64,000 nucleotides of DNA from Desulfatiglandales bacterium (GTDB lineage Bacteria; Desulfobacterota; DSM-4660; Desulfatiglandales; HGW-15): assembly GCA_963667015.2 (NCBI GenBank), contig CAXXJJ010000004.1:480001-544000 (forward strand). Direction: 5' to 3'. The position numbers and the translations under genes are program-made. Positions 10,464 to 21,426 of the stretch are shown here, piece by piece; within the stretch, counting starts at the first letter, position 1, and every line of letters starts with the position of its first letter. The notes under the pieces were generated by a model. It was not told the origin of the DNA. It was given only the letters and a program-made list of their open reading frames with translations, and did not search any database.

Positions 10464-11909
10464 TTAAATTCCTGACCGGATATAGACAAAATATAATATC
10501 AGCAGGATTGCAAGCATATACATAAACCATCTGACATCTTTTCCTTTGCCGCTTAAGAGCTTTATGAACGGGTAACTTACAAAACCCATGGTAAGCCCAT
10601 CCGCAATGGAGTATGTCAACGGAATACCGGTTATAATCAGGAAAGCAGGGATAGATTCGCTGAAATCATCCCATTGGATCTTCAGGACATTTTTAATCAT
10701 CATTGATCCAACCACAATAAGGGCGGGGGCTGTAATCGTTGTATAGCTTCCTATCATTGTAATTAAGGGGCTTAAAAACAGTGCCAGCAAAAAAAAGATT
10801 GAGACGGTAACACTGGTCAGGCCTGTACGCCCCCCCTGCTCTACTCCGGCAGCACTTTCAATAAAACTGGTTACTGTTGTTGTTCCGGTACATGCCCCGG
10901 CAACGGTGCCCATGGCATCCGAAAGGAAGGCCCTGCTTGCTCTCGGCAGTTTATTATTTTTTATAAGTCCCGCCTGTTCACTCACTCCTATAAGTGTGCC
11001 TATTGTATCGAACAGATCCATAAACAGAAATATTATGATAAAGGGGATCATGGACAGTGAAAGGGCTCCAGTAATATCCATTTTAAACATTGTAGGTTCA
11101 AGTGAAGGCGGAAGAGAAAAAATACCTGGTGACAGCACAAATTCTTTTACCAGCCTGGAGTCGGAGAGAAACGACCATTCTATACCCGAGTCGGCAAGTA
11201 ATTTTAATAGGATTGTTAAAAAGGTTGCGCCTGCAATACCTAAAATAATCGAACCACGTACCTTGCGTACATGAAGGGTTGAAGTTATCAATAAACCTGA
11301 TGCAAAAACCAGAAGATCGGCAGAAAAGATTAAGGGATTAAGTTTTACAAGGGTACCGCCGCTGATTACCGGTCCCTCAGGGGTTGAGGCTATTGTTGCG
11401 GCAGTAACAATAATGCCTGCATTCTGCAGTCCAATAAAGGCAATAAAAATTCCGATGCCCACTGCCATGGCATTTTTCATACTGGGGCTTACTGCATTTA
11501 TGATTACTTTTCGAAAGCCAAGCAATGATATGATGAGGAATAACACGCCGGATATGAATACAACACCAAGACCGACCTGCCATGAATTGGTAAAACCCGC
11601 AGCCGTAACAGCCGGCAAAACTGAAAAAACGAAAAAGAAATTCTCTCCCATACCAGGGGCCTGAGCTATGGGATACCTTGCATATAAGCCCATGATTGCA
11701 GTCGCTATTGCAGCAGATATGCATGTGGCGGCCATAACCGCGCCAAAATCCATACCTGTATCAAAACCAAACATCCTGCCTGATAAAACCATTGGCTGAA
11801 CAACAATAATATATGCCATTGTCAGGAAGGTAGTGATACCTGCAGTAATTTCCGTGGAAACACTGCTGCCGTTTTCAGAAATCCCGAATATTTTATCCAG
11901 TCTTTCTAT
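10464..11909 (-). CDS. NCS2/AzgA-type purine permease; N-terminus extends past the track ATG (11819) to a probable non-canonical start
   Basis: APGMGENFFF, FDTIGTL, IESAAGVEQGGRTGLT motifs; in-frame upstream extension IERLDKIFGISENGSSVSTEITAGITTFLT matches the family N-terminus. Confidence 0.85.
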   Translation of the reverse strand: MERLDKIFGISENGSSVSTEITAGITTFLTMAYIIVVQPMVLSGRMFGFDTGMDFGAVMAATCISAAIATAIMGLYARYPIAQAPGMGENFFFVFSVLPAVTAAGFTNSWQVGLGVVFISGVLFLIISLLGFRKVIINAVSPSMKNAMAVGIGIFIAFIGLQNAGIIVTAATIASTPEGPVISGGTLVKLNPLIFSADLLVFASGLLITSTLHVRKVRGSIILGIAGATFLTILLKLLADSGIEWSFLSDSRLVKEFVLSPGIFSLPPSLEPTMFKMDITGALSLSMIPFIIIFLFMDLFDTIGTLIGVSEQAGLIKNNKLPRASRAFLSDAMGTVAGACTGTTTVTSFIESAAGVEQGGRTGLTSVTVSIFFLLALFLSPLITMIGSYTTITAPALIVVGSMMIKNVLKIQWDDFSESIPAFLIITGIPLTYSIADGLTMGFVSYPFIKLLSGKGKDVRWFMYMLAILLILYFVYIRSGI

Positions 11910-11911
11910 AT

Positions 11912-12445
11912 CTATTCTCCTTCGAATTCCACCAGCGTTTTTACGCTGTATCCTTTATCCCTTATCTTTTTTGATCCCTGAAGGTCAGGAAGGTCAACTA
12001 TGAAAGAAACCTCAGAGACAATCCCTCCCAGTTTTTCAACAAGCGCAATAGCCGCCAGAGCAGTACCTCCGGTCGCACATAGGTCGTCAACGATAAGTAC
12101 CCTGTCTCCCCTGTTTAATGCATCTTTATGGATCTCTATGGTATCAGTGCCGTATTCCAGTTCGTATTCATGAGAGATAACTTCTGCAGGCAGTTTGCCT
12201 TTTTTTCGTATGGGGATAAACCCCTTTCCGAGTGAATATGAGAGCGCCCCTCCAATGATAAATCCCCTGGATTCAATTCCTGCAATAACGTCAAACTCAG
12301 TATGATCTTTGATATAGCGCTGTGTAAAGGTGTCAATTACAATTTTTAAGCCCGTCGGATCTTTCAGGAGTGTCGTAATATCTCTGAACATTATACCCTC
12401 TTTAGGGTAGTCAGGTATAGTCCTGATCATGGATTTTATTGTCAT
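11912..12445 (-). CDS. apt: Adenine phosphoribosyltransferase
   Basis: IPDYPKEGIMFRDIT, ESRGF, RKKGKLP, YELEYG, VDDLCATGGT. Confidence 0.95.
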   Translation of the reverse strand: MTIKSMIRTIPDYPKEGIMFRDITTLLKDPTGLKIVIDTFTQRYIKDHTEFDVIAGIESRGFIIGGALSYSLGKGFIPIRKKGKLPAEVISHEYELEYGTDTIEIHKDALNRGDRVLIVDDLCATGGTALAAIALVEKLGGIVSEVSFIVDLPDLQGSKKIRDKGYSVKTLVEFEGE

Positions 12446-12446
12446 T

Positions 12447-13226
12447 TCAGATGCCCTCCCCGTTGCATTCGTCTTTATTATATTCTATCTCAGGCAATGT
12501 TTTTAAAATAAGTGTTTTTACCTTATCGGCAGTTTTATTCATAATAGCTACAATCATATCCCAGGTAACGGGTTCCTCCCCCTCTTTCCAGCAATCATAG
12601 TCAGTCGACATAGCTATTGTCTGGTAACATATCCCAAGTTCTCTGGCCAGTGTAACCTCGGGCACGGTGGACATGTTTATTACATCAGCTCCAAATCCCC
12701 TGAACATGTGAGATTCTGCCTTTGTTGAAAATCTTGGGCCTTCTATCGTGATAACTGTCCCCTTTATGTGGTGTTTATAATTCAGTTTTTCCGCGTTTTT
12801 TATCAGACGTGATCTTAAATTTTCACAGAAGGGCTCAGCCATGGATGTGTGAATCACCTTGTCCATATCAAAAAAGGTAAGCGCCCTGTTTTTTGTGAAA
12901 TCAATAAACTGGTCAGGAAATACGAGATCACCCGGTGCGATTTCTTCTCTGAGGGAACCAACGGCTGTTGTGGCTATAATATGTGTGCAGCCTTCCTGTT
13001 TTAAAGCATATATATTTGCCCGGTAATTTACACCGGTGGGATATATGGAATGGGATTTACCATGTCTGGCAAGGATTATAATGCCCCTGTCGCCTATTTT
13101 TCCGGTTGTAAGGGGAGATGAGGGCCTTCCATAGGGAGTATCAACATCCTTTTCCTGCGGATTTTCCAGTATTTCAGGATCATCCAGGCCTGTCCCGCCG
13201 ATTATACCAACTTTAACTTTTTTCAT
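12447..13226 (-). CDS. mtnP: S-methyl-5'-thioadenosine phosphorylase
   Basis: [36 protein letters not shown]. Confidence 0.92.
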   Translation of the reverse strand: MKKVKVGIIGGTGLDDPEILENPQEKDVDTPYGRPSSPLTTGKIGDRGIIILARHGKSHSIYPTGVNYRANIYALKQEGCTHIIATTAVGSLREEIAPGDLVFPDQFIDFTKNRALTFFDMDKVIHTSMAEPFCENLRSRLIKNAEKLNYKHHIKGTVITIEGPRFSTKAESHMFRGFGADVINMSTVPEVTLARELGICYQTIAMSTDYDCWKEGEEPVTWDMIVAIMNKTADKVKTLILKTLPEIEYNKDECNGEGI

Positions 13227-13227
13227 C

Positions 13228-14346
13228 TCAATTCCTCTGTTTTTTATGTTCAGGATAAAGACTCAGAATACCTTCTTCGCTGGCATTGCATATGCCCCTT
13301 TCGGTAATCAGGCCTGTTATTAATCTTCCCGGCGTTACATCAAAAGAATAATTAGCAGCAGGGCTCTCCTGCGGCATTATGAGGACCTTTTTTATCTCTC
13401 CATCACAAAGACCCTCTATATATTTAACCTCATCAGCATTCCTTTCTTCAATCACTATCCCGCTGACCCCATCCCTGATCTCCCAGTCAAAGGTGGAAGA
13501 CGGGAGTGCAACATAGAATGGAATATTATTATCATTGGCTGCAAGGGCTTTAAGATATGTGCCTATCTTGTTTGCCACATCGCCTGTATAGGTGGTCCTG
13601 TCAGTCCCGACTATTACCATATCAACAAGTCCGCGCTGCATCAGGTGTCCTCCTGTATTGTCCGGTATAACGGTATGGGGTACCCCGTGCTGCCCCAGCT
13701 CCCATGCGGTGAGACTTGCACCCTGATTTCTCGGGCGGGTTTCATCAGCAAAAACATGGATTTTTATACCTTTTTCATATGCCGCATATACAGGAGCGGT
13801 TGCAGAGCCGTAATCAACAAATGCAAGCCATCCTGCATTGCAGTGAGTAAGGATATTTACAGGTTTTCCATTCTTTTTCTTGCTCAATTCTTCGATAAGA
13901 TGTAATCCGTGTTCCCCTATCCTCCTGCAATAATCAACATCCTCATCAGCAATTTCATTAGCTGTTTTAAAAGCTCCGTCTACCTTTGCCTCAATTGATG
14001 ATTCTCTTTTAATTGCCTTAAGCTGTCTATTGACTGCCCATAACAGGTTAACGGCAGTCGGTCGTGTTGCAACAAGCTTCTGACCCGCCATTTCCATATA
14101 ATTACCAAAGTCTCCTTCCTTTTGAGCCTCCAGAGAAGCCAGATACATCCCATAGCCTGCCGTAGCCCCTATCAGGCCTGCGCCTCTTACATACATTTCA
14201 CTTATTGCTTCACAGGCATCATCCAGTGAACAGATATCCCTGATTATGAACCTGTGAGGAAGTTTTGACTGATCAATTATGCTTATAATCCGGTCATTTC
14301 CTTCATTTACCCATATTGTGTGGTAATGCTTTCCATTTACATCCAC
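13228..14346 (-). CDS. mtnA: S-methyl-5-thioribose-1-phosphate isomerase
   Basis: [42 protein letters not shown]. Confidence 0.95.
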   Translation of the reverse strand: MDVNGKHYHTIWVNEGNDRIISIIDQSKLPHRFIIRDICSLDDACEAISEMYVRGAGLIGATAGYGMYLASLEAQKEGDFGNYMEMAGQKLVATRPTAVNLLWAVNRQLKAIKRESSIEAKVDGAFKTANEIADEDVDYCRRIGEHGLHLIEELSKKKNGKPVNILTHCNAGWLAFVDYGSATAPVYAAYEKGIKIHVFADETRPRNQGASLTAWELGQHGVPHTVIPDNTGGHLMQRGLVDMVIVGTDRTTYTGDVANKIGTYLKALAANDNNIPFYVALPSSTFDWEIRDGVSGIVIEERNADEVKYIEGLCDGEIKKVLIMPQESPAANYSFDVTPGRLITGLITERGICNASEEGILSLYPEHKKQRN

Positions 14347-14424
14347 TATGTTTTACCTCTTTTACCTCATGACTACTTATTGCATAATCTAGCTATTTTA
14401 AAATTATTTTACCATCTTTAACAA

Positions 14425-14453
14425 AACATAGTTTACTTCCATATTGAAGTCAA
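14425..14453 (-). promoter_or_regulatory. Putative sigma70 promoter of mtnA-mtnP-apt-permease
   Basis: Minus strand TTGACT-N17-TATGTT. Confidence 0.45.
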
Positions 14454-14591
14454 ATATTATTAAATCCTTATTCATAATACCTTCATAATACTTTCATAGT
14501 CCGTTTATATATTAAAAACTTTATGATATTAAAACTGCATACATTATGAATAACTATTTGCAATCTATCTATACATGGACCTGAAAATCTA

Positions 14592-17500
14592 ATGAAAAAG
14601 AAAATTAAACGGTTAGTTGTTATAATTTCCATAATTTTTGGTGTAATGTTTTTAACTTTTGCCGGTTTCTTCTTATACGTCCGACAGGATGTAAAAGGCC
14701 AGATTGACCGTGGCATAATTGACAGCATCATTTTTTCCGAAAGCCCGGTATACTACAGTGATGAAACTACCCCCATAGGTGTCTACTTTGAAAAAATACA
14801 CAGTAAATATATCAGGTACGGAGATATTCCAAAGATATACATCAAGGCCCTCGTTGCCTCTGAAGACGGTGATTTTTTCAACCATCCCGGTTTCGATATA
14901 AAGTCCATTGCAAGGGCTTTTATTGCGAATATAAAGGCAGGCAAAATCGTTCAGGGAGGCAGCACAATTACCCAGCAAACAGCCGAAAACGTATTTGAAA
15001 GGCAAAAAAGGGGCTACTTTTCGCAATTGAAGGAGCTTTTTCAGGGGCTGATACTTGAACATTTTTATACCAAGGAAGAGATCCTTGAAATGTATATCAA
15101 CCAGTTCGACGTTACTGGCCTGGGTAAAGGGTTACGAATAGCCTCGGAGTATTTTTTTGATAAGGATGCAAAGGACATTACCCTTGTGGAGGCGGCGTTT
15201 ATTGCCGGGATGGTCAAGGGGCCAAATAAATATAATCCTTTTAATAAAAAAACAGATGAAAAAAAGAAACAGGCTATTGAGTATGCAAACATCAGAAAAA
15301 ACTATGTCCTTAGGAATATGCTCAAAGAAAAATTTATATCCAGTGAAGAATATATTGCAGCAAAGGAACAGGAAGTACCGTTTAAGGAGGGTGAATTTAC
15401 CTACCGTTTAAACGTAATACTGGACTATATCAGAGATCAGCTTGAATCTGGCTATTTTAAAGAAATACTCCACAGGGAAGGTGTTAATAATATTGCTACA
15501 TCCGGTATCAAGATTTATACATCGATCAATAAAGATATACAGGAAAAAGCCCTTAAAAGTATTCGAAAAAATCTTCCCCTGCTGGATATAAGGCTGTCAG
15601 GTATGAACCAAAGCCTGTTCAAGGACAGATACATTCATAAGGCCGGGACCTATTACACAAATCATGGGTCCGGATTACCCTTTTTTGCTAAAATTGAAAA
15701 AATAACTAAAGAAACAGGAAAAGAAACGGAAATATCAGTGTCATGGGCAGATGACAGAACGGGAATAATTGATATAGATGAATTGGAAAATATAGCTGAT
15801 GCCTGGGCACACTGGAAATATGGATATAATTATAGAACCGGTTCCAATTATTTAGATGAATTTATTAAAGAATTCAATGAAGGTAATTCGATTCCTGTCA
15901 CCCTTTCTGATACAGATGAAAACAAGGTATGCCTGGCCCCTATTCCCGAACTTGAGGGAGCGGTTGTCATCCTGAAAGACGGCATGATAAAGGCAATGGT
16001 TGGTGGATATTTTAACAGGTATTTCAATCGTTCTGTTGATGCCAGAAGGCAGCTGGGCTCCATATTTAAACCCATCGTTTATGCAGCGTCACTTCAACTG
16101 AAGTGGCATGGCCTCGATGAATTGGACAACTTCAGAGATTTGTATACCTATGAGAATACATATTATCCGCCAAATCCAGACCATGAGCCTAAAAGTGATA
16201 CTGTTTCAATGACATGGGCCGGGGTAAAATCAGAGAACCTGGCAACTGTCTGGCTGCTTTATCACCTCACTGATAAACTTAATATGAGTGAATTCAAAAA
16301 AGTTGTAGAAATGCTCGGTTTAAGTCGTGAGGATGAAGAAAGTTATGATGATTATGTCTCAAGGATAAGAGATAAACATGGCGTAATTGTTACAAAAAAC
16401 GCCATCAGATATGCAGCATTTGATCTTGCCCGAAAAACCATCGAACCGGATTTATTGTTTGATGATAATTTATTTGCCCTTGATAATATTAAAAGGCTTC
16501 ATCTTAAAATAGATAAAAAAGGGAAGGATGCTATTAATGACAATTATTCCCAGGACAATAGCCGCATAATATTGAGGTATGACTTTGACAGGTTATTAAA
16601 ATTAAACCTGCAAATGGAGGAGGATCTTAAAGATATTAACCTGCTATTTACCCTGTACAACGACAACCCATCACAGATGGAAAAAGGACTGGAAAAGGGT
16701 TTAAGCCGCTTATATATCCTAAAAACAGAAGACGACAAAGAAAGGATTGTCTACACTGAAAATCCACTGGATATCCATGGCCGGGATTTTTATAAGGTCA
16801 GCATTAATGAGCTATTGAAAAGGAAAAACGACTTCAGGTTTGATGATGTGTGGATTGATGACCTGGTTCCTTCAGGTGTATTGATTAATCTTCAGACATA
16901 TATAACGAAACACTATAAAGAATTATCAGCCTACTCCAGGTACGATATGAAGGTGCTGTCCCAGGTCAGAGATTTTAAAACCTTTGTAAACCTCACATAT
17001 GTTAAACAGCTTGCGAAAAATATAGGTATAAGCACATGGCTTGATCCGGTTCTTTCATTTCCGCTTGGCCCTAATTCCATAAGCATTATTGAAGGCGCTC
17101 TTGCTTACCAGTCAATCATGAGTGGTGATTTTTACACACTTCCTGATGTTGAAACAGACAATGCTATGACACCCGTGATTACTAAAATCACCGATCGAAA
17201 CAATGTGACTTTATGGGAATACAAACCTGAAATAAAGAAAGTCATGTCAAAGACAGTATCAGCATCAATAATTGAGATATTGAGAAAGGTTGTTGAAAAC
17301 GGCACCGGCAGAAGCGCCAGGGATGCAATAAAGATGAGTCTTGATTTTAAGAGCGGAGAGAGTGAATTACCTGTCAGTTGTTATGGAAAGACAGGAACAG
17401 CGAACCGTTTTACAAATTCAAGCTTTGTTGGATTTATTCCCGGCCTGAACAAAGTTACAGGTGAATTTGATCTGAAACAGGGATATGTTATTTCGGCATA

Positions 17501-17849
17501 TGTCGGGTATGATAATAACTTTCCAATGAAAGGAAAAAGTTTTAGTATCTCCGGTGCGTCCGGAGCGCTGCCTATCTGGATAGATTCAGCAAAGGGAATT
17601 GCTGATAGCGAAGAATATAAAAAAGGGATAGATATTGCCGATCTCGCGTTTATCTCAACAACAAAACCATTAATGACAGATGGGATGGAAACCTTTGAGG
17701 TTTCAACTATTGATGGCCTGCCTGTCGGTGGAAGACAAGATTTAAACCCCGAAGATATAACCGAAATATATTCCTTTGGGAAGACTGGCCAACTGATATC
17801 TGAATGGAACAGAGAATTTACACCTCTGAAAGGAACTGAAAATGATTAA
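14592..17849 (+). CDS. Class A penicillin-binding protein (PBP1A-like) with a large insertion
   Basis: Transglycosylase motifs EDGDFFNHPG and QGGSTITQQ; transpeptidase motifs GSIFK (SxxK), SEN (SxN), GKTGT. Confidence 0.88.
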   Translation: MKKKIKRLVVIISIIFGVMFLTFAGFFLYVRQDVKGQIDRGIIDSIIFSESPVYYSDETTPIGVYFEKIHSKYIRYGDIPKIYIKALVASEDGDFFNHPGFDIKSIARAFIANIKAGKIVQGGSTITQQTAENVFERQKRGYFSQLKELFQGLILEHFYTKEEILEMYINQFDVTGLGKGLRIASEYFFDKDAKDITLVEAAFIAGMVKGPNKYNPFNKKTDEKKKQAIEYANIRKNYVLRNMLKEKFISSEEYIAAKEQEVPFKEGEFTYRLNVILDYIRDQLESGYFKEILHREGVNNIATSGIKIYTSINKDIQEKALKSIRKNLPLLDIRLSGMNQSLFKDRYIHKAGTYYTNHGSGLPFFAKIEKITKETGKETEISVSWADDRTGIIDIDELENIADAWAHWKYGYNYRTGSNYLDEFIKEFNEGNSIPVTLSDTDENKVCLAPIPELEGAVVILKDGMIKAMVGGYFNRYFNRSVDARRQLGSIFKPIVYAASLQLKWHGLDELDNFRDLYTYENTYYPPNPDHEPKSDTVSMTWAGVKSENLATVWLLYHLTDKLNMSEFKKVVEMLGLSREDEESYDDYVSRIRDKHGVIVTKNAIRYAAFDLARKTIEPDLLFDDNLFALDNIKRLHLKIDKKGKDAINDNYSQDNSRIILRYDFDRLLKLNLQMEEDLKDINLLFTLYNDNPSQMEKGLEKGLSRLYILKTEDDKERIVYTENPLDIHGRDFYKVSINELLKRKNDFRFDDVWIDDLVPSGVLINLQTYITKHYKELSAYSRYDMKVLSQVRDFKTFVNLTYVKQLAKNIGISTWLDPVLSFPLGPNSISIIEGALAYQSIMSGDFYTLPDVETDNAMTPVITKITDRNNVTLWEYKPEIKKVMSKTVSASIIEILRKVVENGTGRSARDAIKMSLDFKSGESELPVSCYGKTGTANRFTNSSFVGFIPGLNKVTGEFDLKQGYVISAYVGYDNNFPMKGKSFSISGASGALPIWIDSAKGIADSEEYKKGIDIADLAFISTTKPLMTDGMETFEVSTIDGLPVGGRQDLNPEDITEIYSFGKTGQLISEWNREFTPLKGTEND

Positions 17850-19215
17850 TAGCTATAGAGTCATAATATTTATTTTTATATTACCTCTAATCTTAATGAT
17901 AGCAGGCTGCGTCTCATCAGGCAGAACAATACAGGAGCAGGATAAAATTCAGTATTATAAGCCCCCTGCCCTTTCAACGGGACTCCTGAATAAAAGAATT
18001 GATGAGATAAAAAATATGCTCAAAGAAGACAGCCTGCCAGATGACAGGAAAGAGGCAGCCATTTCACTTTTAAAGGCCTATGATAAACTCAAATCCCTTA
18101 ATAACGAGAACATCACTGAAAAAGAATACAGGAAAACAGTACAGCTTTTATTTAACAGCCTTGCTGGTATTGAACAGCAATATTTCTATAGCGGTATTGA
18201 ACCGGGAGATACAGCAAGGGAAATAGTAATAGAAAGCTATTCGGCTTTTAAAGGACAGATCTATGAAGACTATTACGCAGGGAATTTCACCGGCGTAATA
18301 TCAGGGTGTGGTGAACTTATGTCCAGATTCGGAAGGAAAGGTTTAACTCCTGACCTTGGCATACTGCTTGTAGAGGCCCTTTTAAAAAACAATATGACAT
18401 CAGATGCCCTTACCTTAGCAGGAAGCATTCTTGGTGCAGTAGAAAACAGACCTGACCTGATCCATCTTCTGGCAGATGCAATAGAACTGGAATTAAAAAC
18501 AGGTAATGTTGAAGATGCCAGGCGGCTTTATGAAAAACTTGTTGATAATATCAATGAACGAAACAGTATATACCGAAAAGCAGAAAAACTTTTTTCAGAA
18601 AATCAAGGTAATGAACCTGCTGTTGATGATGAATCAGTTATAGAAAAAATATCAACTATGCCCCCTGAAATAATGGCGCAGATGGAACAGTTAACTGAGA
18701 GTGTAAAAAAACTTATTTCGCGGAAAGATTTTTCAGGCGCCAGGCTGGAGTTGATACAACGGCGGCTAAGGGCTGAGGAAGGTCCTGAGCTTGAAATGAT
18801 TGAACAGCTTTTAAAAAGTGTAGACAATGCTGAAGCGCATTTTGATAAGGAAAATAATGAAGACAAATTAAAAATTGAAGATGCCAGGAAATTGATCGAA
18901 GAAGAAAAATATGAAGATGCTCTTAATATCCTTGATATCGCTGTCACGGATGAGGGAAACTATGAGGCCGAAAGGCTTAAAAATGAAGCGATTGAAAAAC
19001 TGATCACAAGGGATAAAAATGACGCAGCAATTATATACAGGGCTGCAAAGGCGGAAAATAATATTCAAAGGAAAAGGGATCTTCTGCTCAAGGCAAGATC
19101 AATATTTCAGAATTTAATTGATAAATATCATGCATCTCCTTTAATTGACAGGGTAAAAAGGAATCTCTCAGTTGTAGATGAAGAACTAATTCTGATAACA
19201 CCCGATAGGGAATAA
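17842..19215 (+). CDS. Helical/TPR-like lipoprotein coupled to the PBP gene
   Basis: Lipobox IAGC after a hydrophobic N-terminus; start overlaps the PBP stop; repetitive helical composition. Confidence 0.6.
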   Translation: MINSYRVIIFIFILPLILMIAGCVSSGRTIQEQDKIQYYKPPALSTGLLNKRIDEIKNMLKEDSLPDDRKEAAISLLKAYDKLKSLNNENITEKEYRKTVQLLFNSLAGIEQQYFYSGIEPGDTAREIVIESYSAFKGQIYEDYYAGNFTGVISGCGELMSRFGRKGLTPDLGILLVEALLKNNMTSDALTLAGSILGAVENRPDLIHLLADAIELELKTGNVEDARRLYEKLVDNINERNSIYRKAEKLFSENQGNEPAVDDESVIEKISTMPPEIMAQMEQLTESVKKLISRKDFSGARLELIQRRLRAEEGPELEMIEQLLKSVDNAEAHFDKENNEDKLKIEDARKLIEEEKYEDALNILDIAVTDEGNYEAERLKNEAIEKLITRDKNDAAIIYRAAKAENNIQRKRDLLLKARSIFQNLIDKYHASPLIDRVKRNLSVVDEELILITPDRE

Positions 19216-19901
19216 GTATTAATAGATGGGGATAGCTAGGATGCCATAAAATGCAAAAATATCGGAGTAAAAAATGCAGTTCCGGGCATTGATATAATAA
19301 AGAATTTTATGGACAGCCATGAATTTTAGTTTTATAATGTATTTAACTTTTTTATCATACTAATTAACAGCCTGATAGATCACTGATCGTTTTATAATAT
19401 TAGTACTAACCAAAAGCCAAACCTTTCACTTTCCTTATAAATCATTATAATTTTTGTGTGCACAGGTTTACATCCTTAATAAAGGCATTATTTTAACAGT
19501 ACATGAAAATATTATTAAAGAAGCAATCAGAATTGACCGATTAGTATTTTAAAAGCAGTTCAGAACAGTTCTTTGATAGACATAATAATTAGAACGTACA
19601 GTGTGCCGCATGACTTCAACACAAAAGACAAAACCACAGGATGGTAAATAAAAAATGCTTCCAAAGGTTATAATAAAATCAGGAAGTCACAGGTGGTACT
19701 TAAAAGAGCTTCTCGGTTGTTCGTGCATCTTTTCGCCGGTCGTATCCAAATATTAAAATAAAAGATACCTGTATCGGAGAGAACAACGGCATCTGGGGAA
19801 GCCAATATTATATTTAACGCGTAGATTGTTAACTTATCAACCAAATCTCTAAGTTAGGTGAGAGTTAGATATAATTAAACTATTATGCTAACCAAGATAA
19901 A

Positions 19902-19936
19902 AGCCGCGAATGTTGTTTATTCGCGGCTATTTTTTT
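19902..19936 (+). terminator. Intrinsic terminator, possibly bidirectional
   Basis: AGCCGCGAAT/ATTCGCGGCT stem followed by T7. Confidence 0.75.
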
Positions 19937-20001
19937 GCAAAATAAGGCGGGTTTAAAACCAGTCTCTATAGTTCCCCTTCGTTTGACATGATTGGTAACA
20001 G

Positions 20002-21228
20002 TTAATACTTAAACATGCCTTTTTCATAAATGATCTTTTTGCCGCCTGACTTTAAAAAGGCAGTAACTGTTTTATCCTCCGTATTAATCAGGTCCCAGTG
20101 CAGTGCAGAATCATTAAAACCCAGTTCTTTTTTCACCGATTTGGTAAGCTTTGCAGGATTGCCGTTAAATGTGTCAGAATAGGATGCCCCCACTGCAAGG
20201 TGGCAATTCCCGTATTTTCCGCCGAAATTCTCATCAAATAATGTATTTGCCATAAATTTATTTATCTTTGAGAATCTCTTGTCTGTTAATGAGAATTCAC
20301 CTACTCTCCGGGCTCCCCTGTCCATGGATATCTGTTTTGCTACAAACTCTTTGCCTTTTTTCGCGCTGCTCTTGATAACCTCGCCCTTTTTAAATTCGAG
20401 CCGAATACCTTCGACATAATTTCCATCCTTGTAGGAAGGCAGATTGGCATAATAAATACCCTCTGTGCCTCTCCAGTCCGGAGAGACAAAAAGTTCAAAA
20501 CTCGGAATATTATGGCCGGATATACCTATCCATTTTCTTCTGTCCCCCGGTGTTATTTTGAGATCCATATTATCTGATTCGACTTGAAAATATTCCACCT
20601 TCATCCCGTTTATCCATTTTTTTATTGTCATGGCATTATCAAAGGTTTCTTTCCATCCTTTAACAGGATCAGCCATGTCAAGGTAACAGGCCTTTACAAC
20701 CTGAGATGTATATTGGTTGAGAGAGATGCCTGCAGTATCTGCAGCACCCTGTGTAGGAATCATGCATAAGGTCCATCCAAAATCTCCCTTGTCCTCTCTG
20801 TCCCATAAGATATCCCTCAGGGGCTTTCTTGCCAGGGCAGCCTTACCGATTTTTCCCGGATCAATGTGCTTGAGGTGTGTAATGGATTCCGGGGCCAGAA
20901 GACTTATTAATCCATGAAGGTTTTCATTTAATTCTTTTTCTCCGGGGGGTTGAAAGGTCAGCTGAATGTTGTTTGCCTTCTCAAAAAAATTCTTTTCCAT
21001 CCTGGGAGTGCTTCCTAAACGAAGAATGGGATTCATTCCCATACCAAGAATTTTACCCTGTAGAATTTCAGCAAGCTTTAGTGCGGACAACTCAAATCTA
21101 ACCAGGATATTATCATTTTTTTTAAATTTTTTTCTCCGTGCTGTGGTTAATCCCCAGATGAGAACATCTGCATACCTGTCAAGTTTACTGTTTGATATCA
21201 TGTTATTTTTCCTCTCTATAGTTTTCAA
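20002..21228 (-). CDS. M29 family aminopeptidase (AmpS/aminopeptidase T-like)
   Basis: NIPSFELF, GEFSL, TLFDEN, CHLAVGASY, NDSALHWD. Confidence 0.88.
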   Translation of the reverse strand: MKTIERKNNMISNSKLDRYADVLIWGLTTARRKKFKKNDNILVRFELSALKLAEILQGKILGMGMNPILRLGSTPRMEKNFFEKANNIQLTFQPPGEKELNENLHGLISLLAPESITHLKHIDPGKIGKAALARKPLRDILWDREDKGDFGWTLCMIPTQGAADTAGISLNQYTSQVVKACYLDMADPVKGWKETFDNAMTIKKWINGMKVEYFQVESDNMDLKITPGDRRKWIGISGHNIPSFELFVSPDWRGTEGIYYANLPSYKDGNYVEGIRLEFKKGEVIKSSAKKGKEFVAKQISMDRGARRVGEFSLTDKRFSKINKFMANTLFDENFGGKYGNCHLAVGASYSDTFNGNPAKLTKSVKKELGFNDSALHWDLINTEDKTVTAFLKSGGKKIIYEKGMFKY

Positions 21229-21426
21229 ACTATTGCTTTACCCTGTCTCCTGAGGTTAGTTGAGCAGAATCAAGAAGTCAATTCCTATAGTTCGTTCTGA
21301 ATTTAAAAATCATCTGCTGCATTTTGTATAAAAAGAATACTGTTGCATATGTTTTGGAATAAAGCGAAAATAATCCTATTATTTTAAATAAATATATCCT
21401 GAACCTGAACTAAAAAAGAGTAAGCA

